From a virus, in the IMG/VR virus record IMGVR_UViG_3300028840_005153, positions 12,049-76,048 of that record: a DNA stretch of 64,000 nt, one strand, 5' to 3'. Positions 48,957-59,813 of this stretch are shown one piece after another. The notes beneath the pieces were generated by a model. It made no database searches and had not been told where the DNA came from. It saw only the letters and a list, made by a program, of their open reading frames with translations. The position numbers were made by a program, and so were the translations under genes. Numbering within the stretch: the stretch's first letter is position 1; every line of letters begins with the position of its first letter.

Positions 48957-49454
48957 ATGAAGTTTAACGAAGAAGTTTTCAATCAGAAGATTGAAGGTGT
49001 AAAACTCAGGGAAGATACTATCGAAGTAATCAATCCTTCTCTTAAAAAATTGTTTACTCCAGAGGAAGGGGAAGATGAAAATTCCCCTCCCTTCTGGAGG
49101 TGCCGTCAATTAACCGCGATAGAAATTGCCCTTGTCAATCAACAAGTAGAAAATTCAAAGAATACAGATCAACTAATCGAAAGGCTTTGGAGTAATTATT
49201 CGAAAGAAAAGATAAACGCAATCAAAAATATTATAGGTTTTGGAGAGCCTGAAATAGATGCTTCTGGAGAACCGGAAGTACTTCCAGAAGATTATATTCG
49301 AAGAATGTATGTTGCGCTTTATGGACTGATTGATCCAAAGCCTACTGATATTCAATGGGTTAGAAAATTCGCAAGAAATTGGCCTCAAGAATTCATGATG
49401 ATTTCTACGAAGATTTTAAGTTTGACAGGGTTTGGTGCAAGTTTGGGGGAGTAG
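48957..49454 (+). CDS. Tail assembly chaperone (gpG-like)
   Basis: Position; ends in slippery heptamer T TTG GGG. Confidence 0.6.
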   Translation: MKFNEEVFNQKIEGVKLREDTIEVINPSLKKLFTPEEGEDENSPPFWRCRQLTAIEIALVNQQVENSKNTDQLIERLWSNYSKEKINAIKNIIGFGEPEIDASGEPEVLPEDYIRRMYVALYGLIDPKPTDIQWVRKFARNWPQEFMMISTKILSLTGFGASLGE

Positions 49455-49639
49455 CAAGGCTCTGGGCGATGCCGCGAGTTCAGGCTGCAATGGAGTATTG
49501 CCAAAGAGCCATTTATGGAGGGGGAATAAGATTCCTCTACGAAGTAATTCCAGACTTGCTTCCTTATAATTTTTTAACTCCAATAGAAATTCAATTGTGG
49601 ATTAAATTCGATAAAAAACGGGGAGAGAAAAATGGCTGA
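49442..49639 (+). CDS. -1 frameshift extension of tail chaperone (gpGT-like)
   Basis: The -1 frame is open from the slippery site into the tape measure start. Confidence 0.6.
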   Translation, partial: FGGVARLWAMPRVQAAMEYCQRAIYGGGIRFLYEVIPDLLPYNFLTPIEIQLWIKFDKKRGEKNG

Positions 49640-52370
49640 CGTTAGGAAGACAATTGAAATTCTCTTTCGTGGTGTAGATCAAACTTCAAATGTCGTCCAA
49701 GATATTTCTGGAAACATTGATAGTTTTGCTTCCAATGTTGGTAAACTCTCCGGTCCATTGGCTGACCTCGCCAACAAAGCACTCCTGACTGAAGGAGCAG
49801 TATTAGGCCTCGCGGGTGCTTTTGTTGGCGTGGCTTACCATGCCACCGAACAGTTTGAATCTGCTCAGCTTGATCTTCAAAAAGTAATGACTGATACCGA
49901 AGGTAATGTAGATGATTATAATGAAGAGATTTTTCGTTTATCTTCTACATATGGTCGTTTAGCAGGGGAAGTACTCGGCGGCGTTACGAATTTCAAATTG
50001 GCAGGTTTTACAATGGAAGAATCTGTTGGCTTGATGGAGGAGTCAACAAAACTTCTGATAGCAGGTGATATTGATGCCGCTCAGGCTACGGAAATATTGG
50101 TCGCAACGCTGAAAGGTTTTAAGGCTCCTGCTTCTGAAGCCGCAAGAATAACCGATATTTTAAATGAAGTATCAAATAGATATGCTACCAATGTTCAAGA
50201 ACTCGGCATTGGTATGGCTCATCTTTCCCCTATTGCTTCCCTCATGGGTTTCTCTTTCGAAGAAACTGCCGGTATCCTAACTCCAGTTATTGAAATTTTT
50301 CGTTCAGGTAGTGAAGCATCAAATGCTTTGAAAGTTGGTTTGTTAAAACTCCTTGATGATGCTAAACCCGTTAGGGATGCGCTTGCCAATTTGGGTGTCG
50401 CACAATATGATGCCAATGGTCATCTTCGATCGGGTAGGGATATTCTCTTTGATGTTGGAAACGCATTTCAGTATGCGAATGAAAATGATAAGTTATTTCT
50501 TGCAAGCCAATTAGTCGGCGTAAGACAGGCCGGTCGTATGATCGAAGTATTCAATGGCCTTTCAAAATCTACCGAAATCACTGCTGTAGCTTTGGGCGCT
50601 GCCGGTTCGGCAATGAAAGAAGTAAATATCAGATTATCTTCGATAGAAGTAGCAGGTGATCGTGCCGCTGTAGCTTTCAATAATTTACTCATTGCAGTTG
50701 GCGAGTCAATGAAAGAAGATTTAACTTCGATGATAAATTCTTTCACTGAACTTGGCATTGCAATTACAGGCGCAATTAATGAAGGGAAATTTGATAATCT
50801 TATTGGAATAATTATTCCAATAGTAAATGATATTGAAAATCTCTTTTTAAATATGGCGGAAAATATTGGGGATGTACTTTCCAATATTGATTATGACAAT
50901 TTGGCGGCAGCTATTGGAAATCTTCGAAACGAAGTAATAGAAGCATTTCAAGCAATTTTTGGAGATATTGATTTAAATACTGCTCAAGGCTTAGAAGATT
51001 TTATTCAGAAGTTAATTGATGGCTTTACAGCTTTGACCAGAATAACAACTGAAATCATAGATATTTGGCAACCACTTTTGGAAATGCTTGGAAGAGGGAT
51101 AGATACTTTTGTTGAAAGCGATAAAGAGGTTCAAGACTTCGCTGGAACAATTCTCGGGCTTGGTCAGATCGTAGATAAAATTGTTAAAAATATTGACATC
51201 TTTACAGGCTCGCTTAATCTTCTTGGGATAAGTCTTTCGGTTATTGCGACAGGGAAAATTAGTTCAGCAGTGATAAATAATTTTTCTTCCATTGCTACTG
51301 CTGCAACGAAAGCAGGAACGGCAACTACTCTCCTTGCTGGAGCTGGAGCTTCTTTTGGAACAGGTTGGATGGTTGGTTCTACTCTTCGCCTTGCTTTTCC
51401 GGTCATAGATGAATGGACTCAGAAGATGTGGGCGGGAATAGATTCAGTTGTGAATTTCACAGGAACACAAGGTGAACAACAAGAATCACTTGAAGAAACG
51501 AAGGCAAGACTTCAAGAGAATTTAGAAAAAGTTGAAGAGTACCGAAAGAAAATAGAAGAAGCGGATGGTGGAAAGATTGAAACAATCATAGAAGTAGTAG
51601 CGACTGGAGCGGATGCAGAAATAGTAAAAGGAATGTTGGATGGCAGTATTGATCGCGAAACTGGTTTGCCAAGTTGGGCTGCCGGTCTTGAAGTTCCTTG
51701 GGTTTTTAAACCCGAAGTAAAAGATGAAGATATTGAACAGTTTAAGAAAAAAGTTGGAACGGACATACTTGAGTGGTGGGATGAAAAAGGTGAATACCAT
51801 ACGATGGTTGTTGATGCGGATACAAGTAAAGCAAAAGAGGAACTTGAAAGTATTCCAACTGAAAAGGAAGTATTGCTTAGAATCGATAGGGAATACGATC
51901 TTGCTCTTGAAAAGATAAAACAGGATTCTGAAATTATTCAAGCGCAAATGGAATTCGAAGCAAAATTAAATATTGCGCAAATTGAAGGTCAGGTAGAAAT
52001 AATCAAAGCAGCATTTGATTCAGTAAATGTAGGCATTGAATCGACTGGTGAATTAATTGGAAATATGCTTGGTATTTGGTCCAATGCTTCTTTGAGTGAT
52101 AAATATGATCTTGAAAGAATGATAGAACGCGAATACGACTTACGCGAAAGAGAATTTGACTTGCAGGAAAAACTTGCAAATTCCAAGATACAACTTGAAT
52201 CGGCAAAAGAGAAATTCTTTTTAGGCGAAGGTGGGGAAGCAATTATTACTATTGAAACGAGCGAAGTATATCCTGAATTGGATATGGTTATGCTCGAACT
52301 AATAAAACGGGCTCAAGTCAAAGCAACTGCTCTCGGTTTGGCTACCTTATTAGGTGTTCAAGAAGCATAA
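49632..52370 (+). CDS. Tail tape measure protein (TP901 family)
   Basis: FE.A...L.KV, A..I.DILN..SN..ATNV.ELG, GFSFEETA......E....GSEA.NALK. Confidence 0.9.
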   Translation: MADVRKTIEILFRGVDQTSNVVQDISGNIDSFASNVGKLSGPLADLANKALLTEGAVLGLAGAFVGVAYHATEQFESAQLDLQKVMTDTEGNVDDYNEEIFRLSSTYGRLAGEVLGGVTNFKLAGFTMEESVGLMEESTKLLIAGDIDAAQATEILVATLKGFKAPASEAARITDILNEVSNRYATNVQELGIGMAHLSPIASLMGFSFEETAGILTPVIEIFRSGSEASNALKVGLLKLLDDAKPVRDALANLGVAQYDANGHLRSGRDILFDVGNAFQYANENDKLFLASQLVGVRQAGRMIEVFNGLSKSTEITAVALGAAGSAMKEVNIRLSSIEVAGDRAAVAFNNLLIAVGESMKEDLTSMINSFTELGIAITGAINEGKFDNLIGIIIPIVNDIENLFLNMAENIGDVLSNIDYDNLAAAIGNLRNEVIEAFQAIFGDIDLNTAQGLEDFIQKLIDGFTALTRITTEIIDIWQPLLEMLGRGIDTFVESDKEVQDFAGTILGLGQIVDKIVKNIDIFTGSLNLLGISLSVIATGKISSAVINNFSSIATAATKAGTATTLLAGAGASFGTGWMVGSTLRLAFPVIDEWTQKMWAGIDSVVNFTGTQGEQQESLEETKARLQENLEKVEEYRKKIEEADGGKIETIIEVVATGADAEIVKGMLDGSIDRETGLPSWAAGLEVPWVFKPEVKDEDIEQFKKKVGTDILEWWDEKGEYHTMVVDADTSKAKEELESIPTEKEVLLRIDREYDLALEKIKQDSEIIQAQMEFEAKLNIAQIEGQVEIIKAAFDSVNVGIESTGELIGNMLGIWSNASLSDKYDLERMIEREYDLREREFDLQEKLANSKIQLESAKEKFFLGEGGEAIITIETSEVYPELDMVMLELIKRAQVKATALGLATLLGVQEA

Positions 52371-52382
52371 GGAGAAGCAATC

Positions 52383-52739
52383 ATGGTTCACGTTCAAACT
52401 ACCGTCTATGATTCGCAAGGTTATTTTTCAATGGAAGAAAATCGTGCGGAAAGTATTCTCCAAAAAGCAAGTGTAAGACTTCAAAGAGATAAACTTCTCG
52501 ATGGAAGTACTTTCTTAAAAAATCATGGTTATGCAGAAGGAGATCGGGACTTTACTTTCATATCCAAAAACACCATTGAGAACGCTCAAGTGGCCGTCCT
52601 TTGGTATATCGTAAAAAACCATGCACAAGTTATGCTTTCTTGCAGGGAAGGCTTATATTTGGGCGTCATAGAACGTCTTAGCACTGATCGAGGAAAAATA
52701 GAATTCAAATTTGTTCCAGATACGAAATATTCATCTTAA
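52383..52739 (+). CDS. Putative distal tail protein
   Basis: Position after tape measure; R...LDG motif. Confidence 0.5.
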   Translation: MVHVQTTVYDSQGYFSMEENRAESILQKASVRLQRDKLLDGSTFLKNHGYAEGDRDFTFISKNTIENAQVAVLWYIVKNHAQVMLSCREGLYLGVIERLSTDRGKIEFKFVPDTKYSS

Positions 52740-52761
52740 TTAAATTTGGAAGGAGAGTAAA

Positions 52762-53337
52762 ATGTTTACTTCGAGACCGAAAGTTACTATGACGCCTCAA
52801 TTAATTAAACAAGCGGAAGTAAAGCATTTCGCAAATCTTTGTCGAACCCAATGGATGGTTGATCATATTAGGAATGATAAGGTTATCGATAGAGAATTTG
52901 TAAAAAATATTGTTACAACTGAAGGCCTGAATAGTCTTCTGAATATTATGTTTAAATCAGGAACTCAAATTACTTCCTGGTATATTCTTATCTTTGAAAA
53001 TGATTACACTCCACTTGCTACTGACACTTATGCATCCCCCGGATGGACTGAAACAATTGCTTACGATGAAACAACGCGACCCCAATGGGTAGGCGGAACC
53101 GTAGCTTCGGGATCAGTAGATAACTCAGCAAGTAAAGCTACATTTACTATGAATGCTACAAAGACAATTTATGGCGGAGCAATTGTCGGTGGCGGAACTC
53201 TTCCATCCACAAAAAATAATACAGGTGGAGGCGGAACCGCTTATGCAGCGGTGAAGTTTACTTCTTCGAAAGCTGTTGTTGCTACTGATGTCATAAAGAT
53301 TACTGCGACCATTTCTGCTTCTGATGACGCTTCATAA
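52762..53337 (+). CDS. Tail protein (paralog of 38171..38674)
   Basis: NIVTTEGLN.LL, WYI, WTE, DNSASKA.F, D.I.IT..ISA.DD. Confidence 0.6.
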   Translation: MFTSRPKVTMTPQLIKQAEVKHFANLCRTQWMVDHIRNDKVIDREFVKNIVTTEGLNSLLNIMFKSGTQITSWYILIFENDYTPLATDTYASPGWTETIAYDETTRPQWVGGTVASGSVDNSASKATFTMNATKTIYGGAIVGGGTLPSTKNNTGGGGTAYAAVKFTSSKAVVATDVIKITATISASDDAS

Positions 53338-53351
53338 TGGAGAGTAATTAA

Positions 53352-54041
53352 ATGACTGAGTACCAGGAAACATTAGCGATGGATATTTTAGTTGGAGATT
53401 CCATGTTTGGTGGATACTGTTACGAAGACAGTATTGGCGCTGATATTAAGGTAGGAATCTCTTCCGTTGATCCATTTAATTTCTCCGAATGGGAAAGAGA
53501 AAATAAAAATCCAAGAACGATATATACTGCAAAACTTGAACAACCTGATGGGACAGTTTTGCTTGATTTGAATTTGAAGAATTTTAATGCGAAGTTAAAT
53601 AAGGATAGTAAAAATTATCTTTCGATAGTTTGTGCAAATGAAGATGATTTTTCTTCCATAAAATCTTGGATAGCTGCTGGAAGTGTTTTTGTTGTTTTGC
53701 GGAAAGCATTAACAATCAATGGTGTTGAAAGTCTTTCAGAAATAATTGCAAGGGTAGAATGCGATACTCCAAGATTAGATAAAGGTTCGACAAGCTCTTC
53801 AGTATCTCTTTCCGGTTATTGGTCTGAAAGTTTTTCTCCAAAAAATATTTCCCTTCCCTCTCCTTCTATCAAACGTAGTGTTGGCGGTCGTTTTATGATG
53901 ACTTTTTCTGAACCTCATTTATATTTGCGTCCTGGTGATACGGTGAGTGTACCTGAAGAAGTTGATTTCATTGTTAGTTCCGTTTCATATTCTGCTAATG
54001 AATCCAATATTTCTATGACAATTTCGGAAGAGAAGATATGA
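53352..54041 (+). CDS. Tail protein
   Basis: C-terminal LRPGD.V motif shared with the next gene. Confidence 0.55.
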   Translation: MTEYQETLAMDILVGDSMFGGYCYEDSIGADIKVGISSVDPFNFSEWERENKNPRTIYTAKLEQPDGTVLLDLNLKNFNAKLNKDSKNYLSIVCANEDDFSSIKSWIAAGSVFVVLRKALTINGVESLSEIIARVECDTPRLDKGSTSSSVSLSGYWSESFSPKNISLPSPSIKRSVGGRFMMTFSEPHLYLRPGDTVSVPEEVDFIVSSVSYSANESNISMTISEEKI

Positions 54042-55432
54042 CAATTTGGGAAGAATTAAATCCAGCAGGATCAGCGTATGATTTATGGTGGATCTTTTCC
54101 AATGGTGATAAAACTATTACAAGGGATTGGAGAGCTGATTATTATCAATGCCAAAATGATGTAACACTCGTATATAGCCGTGGGAAGAGATATGTTGAAA
54201 TATTGGTCGGTGGAGGTTCAGATTCATATGGTGGAGTAGCAGTTGGAGCGGCTGATAATCTTATAGCCACTTTGGTTTCGCAGGTCGGAGTAGATCAGTA
54301 TCAATGGGCATATCTTCCAGACGGAACGAAGATGAATAATAATTCTGCTACTTCTTTCGGGGCATCATGGGGTCCGGGAGACGTCATTGGTATCGCTCAT
54401 GAGTATCCAGAAACATCAGGCCAAACAGGGAAGGTTTGGTTTTCAAAAAATGGAGTATGGCAAGGAAGTGGAGACCCTGCCAATGGGACAAATCCGGCTT
54501 TCACTGGAACTCGTGCGTGGGGCTGTTATGTTACCGTGAGTGGTCAAAATTATTCAGGGATCAGTTATACCATAAGGGGAACTCAAGCCGAATGGGATTA
54601 TCTTCCGCCTTCAGGTTTTAATGATTGGGAAGGAGATGCAGTTAATGACTTTTGGGATGTCTCTATTGACTTTGATATTTTAGCCTATGGTGGTATCGGT
54701 TTAGCAGAACAAGTTTATGAAGAGTCATTGTCTTTTGATATGCTTGCCGGATTTACTTCTTCACGATTCAGATTAGTTGAAGATTCAATACCTGCCAATA
54801 TTTTAATTGGAGAAGATTTCTCTCCCACTGTTGAAAGAAATTTGTCATTTGCTGCTCCTATAAAATCTAAATTAGAAGATTTTGATTTATTTAATTATTC
54901 TTCATGGTTTGCAAATGTAAAACATCTCACCACTTTGAAATATTATTTGACTTTGAAAAATAATGCCGGAGATGAAGGTGTAGATGTTCCAATGATAGAT
55001 TTTAATATGACAATCAGAGGAGAGAATTATTCTTTTATAACAACAAACATAAGCTATCAAAGTATTGATGCAATTTTGCAAAATACAAAACTGATGGAAG
55101 TGTCTTTTGTATATTTCTTAGAGGGGTCGGAGAATTTAAGAGTCAAACTCTTTGATGGTGAAATTGAAAGAATAAACTTTAATCAATACAGAACAATCTC
55201 TTTGACTTCTTGGTTCCGCTTTCATACAAAGGTTGACGCACAAAATTTTAATGTTGAAAGAATATCTTTGATAGATGATGGCGTTTATAAAATCAGAATT
55301 GTTAACCCTGACCCTTTTATGCGTCCTGGTGATCAAATAACAGACGAAGAAGAAAATACTTATATAATAAATGTGATAAATTACTCCTACGGGCCTGGAT
55401 ATTTTATTTCGGAGATAATTAGTAATGGGTAA
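54038..55432 (+). CDS. Tail protein with N-terminal SPRY/B30.2-like domain
   Basis: GK.YVEI, GDVIGIA, VWFSKNG.W, Y.PPSGF; C-terminal MRPGD.I. Confidence 0.65.
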   Translation: MTIWEELNPAGSAYDLWWIFSNGDKTITRDWRADYYQCQNDVTLVYSRGKRYVEILVGGGSDSYGGVAVGAADNLIATLVSQVGVDQYQWAYLPDGTKMNNNSATSFGASWGPGDVIGIAHEYPETSGQTGKVWFSKNGVWQGSGDPANGTNPAFTGTRAWGCYVTVSGQNYSGISYTIRGTQAEWDYLPPSGFNDWEGDAVNDFWDVSIDFDILAYGGIGLAEQVYEESLSFDMLAGFTSSRFRLVEDSIPANILIGEDFSPTVERNLSFAAPIKSKLEDFDLFNYSSWFANVKHLTTLKYYLTLKNNAGDEGVDVPMIDFNMTIRGENYSFITTNISYQSIDAILQNTKLMEVSFVYFLEGSENLRVKLFDGEIERINFNQYRTISLTSWFRFHTKVDAQNFNVERISLIDDGVYKIRIVNPDPFMRPGDQITDEEENTYIINVINYSYGPGYFISEIISNG

Positions 55433-57323
55433 AGCACGAATCATAGAGTCTTACAGCGATTGTAGATATAAAATCGAAGTAATCTTTGATACTACTAACA
55501 CCGATTTACGAATACAAGCCTTGGAAGAAAAACTTGTTGACTTACAATGGAAATTAACTGCTGATTATTTAAAACAAGGAGATGAATATAAGACAACTGA
55601 ATTGAAGATATTATATGTCAACAAGGAATTAGAATTTCTTCGAGCAATTCCAAGAACAACTGAAGTCACCGTTTGGTGCGTAGATTATTCGAAAGAATTA
55701 ACTGGAGAAATTGGAACGATAGAAACTCATGGTGAAGTAGGATTTTCTCCTTTTCACCAATTGTTAGTAAAACCTGGATATGGTGGAAAGCATATCTACG
55801 ATCCAGAGACTGATGGAATTTTAGCTACCGTTCCAGAGCAATTGCCTGAACAATGGCTTTACAATACGATGGCTTTACCTGGATGGCAGAAGTGGCAACC
55901 GATGTTTCGTGTTGGAAAGATATTGTATATTGATGGCGAAAATGATACTGCTCATGTTGAATTAGATGACGCTTATTCTTCAGCAGTAATAGATGATAAT
56001 AAATTAAATATTGGGAAAGATGAATATAAAATTTTAAATAATGTTCCTATTGAATATATGAGTTGCCACTCAGATGCTTTCGAAGTAGATGACAGGGTTA
56101 TTGTGCAATTTTCTGGCAGATCATGGACTGGAGATAAAAAGATAATTGGATTTGAAACTAATCCACAGGAGTGTCCCATTTATCTTCGGCTCAAAGTTAA
56201 TGGGCACCGGCATCGATCTACTATGAGTGGGAAAACTCTTCGAATTGTTCAGGAAAATCCTCAGACAGGTCAGATGGAACAAGTGGGCAATCCCATCACT
56301 GCATCAGTAAATGAAAATGGAGTTGCTGGGCCTTTCCCCGGAGTAGATCTGGGCCGTCCGTTTTATGCGGAACTATATTACAGAGGTTCTGGTTATTGGG
56401 CGGGAAGGCCGATCACGTGGTTCAATTACTTCCAGCTTGCAACGGAAGCTGAACATGACCATCATTTAAATATCTCCTATTTTCAAGGTGGAACGCATAG
56501 CATTGCTCAATATCTTGAAGGGACATATCTCAATTTCATTGAGGGTGATTACTTCTCTGATGGTAGCAGCACGAATGATTATCAGTACGGATATAGTTGG
56601 TATGTGGATAGAGTGGAGTGGTTGAGAAGTGAAGAAGGAAGTCTTCACAATGTTGAACAAATAAAAGTGGATACGCCATCATACGGAACTATTCGTGCTT
56701 ATGAAATAAATTTCATCTGCAAGAATATAAGATACCAGAAGAAATCATGGCAGCTCGATGATGCTTGTGTGGCGACCTATAATTCATACCCACGATGCGT
56801 TTGGTATGAAGGTTTGACTCACGCACAAAAAGAGAAGATATGGGAGATTAAAGCTCATTGGGGATATACCGGCTATGAATACGATTGCCCTCAGATCGAT
56901 GGGGATCCTGGATGGGCGTGGTTGGGTTCACATATCGGAGATAATTCTGATGGAGCTTGGCAGATAGAAGGAACAAACCTCTTTTCTCATTTCCCTGAAG
57001 AAGATATATCTCCGCAGGATATATATGATTTTTGGTCAACAAACCCCATATATGGTTTCACCGGTAGTTATGCGGAACATTATGAAAGTGATGGAAATTG
57101 GGATCTCTATACTTGCCCGTTTATAATAACAAATGAGTATGGAGAGATAATGACGGAACCACCGGATTGCACTATATATGGGGCGCTTGGAATTTATTGT
57201 TTGGTTTATTATACCTATGATGAAGAAAATCAATTTACTTATCGTGAAGTGATCCAGACAGCGGATCAGGCATACAAAACATTTCGTTTTGAATGTGTGG
57301 AATTGCCGAAAGAATTTTGTTAA
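55425..57323 (+). CDS. Tail tip/receptor-binding protein
   Basis: Last large tail-module gene; conserved-looking N-half (PGWQKW.P.FRVG, C...F..DD.V.V.F), aromatic-rich C-half. Confidence 0.55.
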   Translation: MGKARIIESYSDCRYKIEVIFDTTNTDLRIQALEEKLVDLQWKLTADYLKQGDEYKTTELKILYVNKELEFLRAIPRTTEVTVWCVDYSKELTGEIGTIETHGEVGFSPFHQLLVKPGYGGKHIYDPETDGILATVPEQLPEQWLYNTMALPGWQKWQPMFRVGKILYIDGENDTAHVELDDAYSSAVIDDNKLNIGKDEYKILNNVPIEYMSCHSDAFEVDDRVIVQFSGRSWTGDKKIIGFETNPQECPIYLRLKVNGHRHRSTMSGKTLRIVQENPQTGQMEQVGNPITASVNENGVAGPFPGVDLGRPFYAELYYRGSGYWAGRPITWFNYFQLATEAEHDHHLNISYFQGGTHSIAQYLEGTYLNFIEGDYFSDGSSTNDYQYGYSWYVDRVEWLRSEEGSLHNVEQIKVDTPSYGTIRAYEINFICKNIRYQKKSWQLDDACVATYNSYPRCVWYEGLTHAQKEKIWEIKAHWGYTGYEYDCPQIDGDPGWAWLGSHIGDNSDGAWQIEGTNLFSHFPEEDISPQDIYDFWSTNPIYGFTGSYAEHYESDGNWDLYTCPFIITNEYGEIMTEPPDCTIYGALGIYCLVYYTYDEENQFTYREVIQTADQAYKTFRFECVELPKEFC

Positions 57324-57342
57324 AAAGAGATAAGGAAGAAAA

Positions 57343-57912
57343 ATGAAACCGGAACTCGTAACGCATTTAATTTCAGGCGGAATACTTCTTACATTGACAA
57401 TCATTTTTGGAATTATTGCTTATTTTCTTAAAAGGTATATTGATAAGCAAGACGAAGAATTAGATTTTTTAAAGAAAGAAAATTCAAAGATGATGCAAAA
57501 AGTAGACGAAGGATGCAAGGAAATTATAAGAGAACTCGAAAGGGAAAAGCAAAAACTTCTGAAAGAAGTTGCCGATAAGGATGCATATATAGATCAAAGG
57601 GTTGAACGCAGGGTTCGCCTTGAAGATTGCCTTTGTCAAAGCGAAGAAATTCAAAACCGCTTTGCTACTGGAGATAAACTCTTCATAGAAATTAAAACCT
57701 GTTTAAATAAATTAAGTGGACAGTTTCAAAATAGTTTACAAGGGATTCATCAATATACTTTGATTATGTCTTCGACAATGTTGTCTTTGTGTAAAAGTTT
57801 AGGAGAAAATATGGAATGTAAGGAATTGGAACAGCTTCATACTGCATTGCAGCATAAAAAGATTCAACATATTGTAGAACAAGTGGAGAAGAAAAATGCT
57901 ACCAATAATTGA
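57343..57912 (+). CDS. Membrane-anchored coiled-coil protein (lysis module)
   Basis: N-terminal TM helix. Confidence 0.5.
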   Translation: MKPELVTHLISGGILLTLTIIFGIIAYFLKRYIDKQDEELDFLKKENSKMMQKVDEGCKEIIRELEREKQKLLKEVADKDAYIDQRVERRVRLEDCLCQSEEIQNRFATGDKLFIEIKTCLNKLSGQFQNSLQGIHQYTLIMSSTMLSLCKSLGENMECKELEQLHTALQHKKIQHIVEQVEKKNATNN

Positions 57913-58312
57913 GTTGATAAGGCTCGAAGAGAATTTAGAATTTGGAACATTTGGAATTTTAAAAATTCAAAAGGAAGTATTTTGTTTTACTTTGGAACCG
58001 CCTGATACTTTGAATACCCGAAGTGAATCTTCTATTCCTGCTCAGCAGTATATCTGCAAAAGACATATCTCTCCAAAATTTGGTGAAACCTTTTGGATCA
58101 AAGATGTTCCTGGCCGTAGCTTTATCATGTTCCATTGGGGGAATTGGATTAAAAATACTCTTGGATGCATTTTACTTGGATCTACGATTTTAAAATTAAA
58201 AAACGAAACGAATCAAAGAGGAGTAGGAAATAGCGGAAATACTTTTAAAGAATTTATGGATTTACTTGAGGGCTTCAATAAAGCCCATTTAACCATAACG
58301 GAAGTATTTTAA
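57896..58312 (+). CDS. DUF5675-family putative endolysin
   Basis: GTFG.L, C.TLE.P, S.IP...Y, VPGRS.I.FH.GN....T.GCILLG. Confidence 0.7.
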   Translation: MLPIIELIRLEENLEFGTFGILKIQKEVFCFTLEPPDTLNTRSESSIPAQQYICKRHISPKFGETFWIKDVPGRSFIMFHWGNWIKNTLGCILLGSTILKLKNETNQRGVGNSGNTFKEFMDLLEGFNKAHLTITEVF

Positions 58313-58324
58313 AAGGAGAAAGTT

Positions 58325-58741
58325 ATGAAAAAGTTTTTTATTCTTTTCCTGGCTATCGTTGCTTTGTTTTCTTTTTCTTTCAATGTTGTAGCGCAAGAAA
58401 CAATGACAATTACTCTTGGATGGGATGCTGATCTTTCCGTAATTGAACCTGATTTACAAGATTATAATATTTATTACAAATTGGATGCTGATACGGGATT
58501 TACTTTTCATGATACAGTTAGAATTGATAGATCATCTACAGAAACAAGAATGACTTCGCAAGTTCCTCTTACTGTTCCTACTGGATATGAAGGGAATATT
58601 TGCTTTTATGTAACGGCAGTTGATACAAGTCAAAATGAATCTAAGCCTTCAGAAGAAGTTTGTGTCCGTTATGATAAAACACCTCCTGCGCCTCCAAGTG
58701 GTGTAATCGTAGATATTACAGTTGTCGAAGCAATTCAATAA
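58325..58741 (+). CDS. Secreted fibronectin type III-like protein
   Basis: Signal peptide; L.WD....DL..Y.IYY, F.VTAVD...NES..S.EV. Confidence 0.7.
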   Translation: MKKFFILFLAIVALFSFSFNVVAQETMTITLGWDADLSVIEPDLQDYNIYYKLDADTGFTFHDTVRIDRSSTETRMTSQVPLTVPTGYEGNICFYVTAVDTSQNESKPSEEVCVRYDKTPPAPPSGVIVDITVVEAIQ

Positions 58742-58786
58742 TTCGAAGAGCAATTCAATAATTTGAAGAAAAGAAGAAAGTGAGAC

Positions 58787-59134
58787 ATGATGGCTAATCA
58801 AACTGGAGCGCTTCAGACAATCCTACTTTACCTTAAAGGCGCGAAGTCTTCGAAGACAATTACCCTCAATGGAATCCTTACTACTCTCATTGCTGCCGGT
58901 GCTATTTATTATGGAGTTGACCTTGACCCTGCTACGGTAGCGATTTTGGTTTCAGTTGTTTATACGATCTTGAATTGGGTTTTGCGTTTTACTACCAATA
59001 CAAGCCTTCCAGAAAAAGCACTTCAGAAGCAATTAAAACGACCTGAGTGGATTTCTGTTTTGGCGACAGAAATTATAAACCAATTGAAAAGAGAAAAAGC
59101 TGAGGCAATGGCTGCTCAGAAAAGTAAAAGGTGA
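58787..59134 (+). CDS. Putative holin
   Basis: SKT...N, two TM segments, N..LR..T. Confidence 0.6.
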   Translation: MMANQTGALQTILLYLKGAKSSKTITLNGILTTLIAAGAIYYGVDLDPATVAILVSVVYTILNWVLRFTTNTSLPEKALQKQLKRPEWISVLATEIINQLKREKAEAMAAQKSKR

Positions 59135-59763
59135 TAGAAATGTTTTATACTGATATGAAAGATTTTTATGAAAATGGTGGTGGTTTCCGGCAGGGAGATA
59201 TTGGATTAACTTTTAACCCTGATCAAAGAATTATTGGAAAAGTAATTCTTCACCATCAGAATTGGATTGCTCCAGATAGGAAAAGTGGTTTCAGTCATGC
59301 CTTATTGGTTATAAATAAAAATGGCGCAACATTCGAATCGGGAATAAAGCTCAAAGGTAAATCATTTCATAGGATTGGTAGTCAAGATTTATTCAAAGCA
59401 TATGATGGCTACAAAATGATGGTTATCCGCCATGAAGAGATGACAGATAAAAAATTCATAGAAGTATTTCCAAAATTTTCTGAAGAATATAATGAAATGA
59501 TTTATCCCTATTGGAGATTGCCATTATACTTCATACCTCCAATTGCTCGTCGTTTTAATGTTATTCACCCTGTAGTATGCTCTGAATTGGTAGCGAAATT
59601 TTATACTTTGATAAAAGATAAGGATGGGAAACCATTTATGCGTTTCCACCTTGGTGTTTACCCTGATTACCTTGCGGATATGGGAGACTTAACATATGGG
59701 CAAAAAAGATTTCATATTGTCTTTCATGGCAAAGTCTATCACCCCGTGAAGGGTCATTCTTAA
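59131..59763 (+). CDS. Permuted papain-like (NlpC/P60, YiiX-like) enzyme
   Basis: GDI, SHA (His) precedes CSELVA (Cys). Confidence 0.7.
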   Translation: MIEMFYTDMKDFYENGGGFRQGDIGLTFNPDQRIIGKVILHHQNWIAPDRKSGFSHALLVINKNGATFESGIKLKGKSFHRIGSQDLFKAYDGYKMMVIRHEEMTDKKFIEVFPKFSEEYNEMIYPYWRLPLYFIPPIARRFNVIHPVVCSELVAKFYTLIKDKDGKPFMRFHLGVYPDYLADMGDLTYGQKRFHIVFHGKVYHPVKGHS

Positions 59764-59813
59764 TTTGTAAATGGTTTTTATGCCTTTAAAAGAGAAAAGC
59801 CAAAATAAAAGAA

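Noticed and set aside
55425-57323. Diversity-generating retroelement target
   Set aside because: No reverse transcriptase and no TR/VR repeat pair found in the window.
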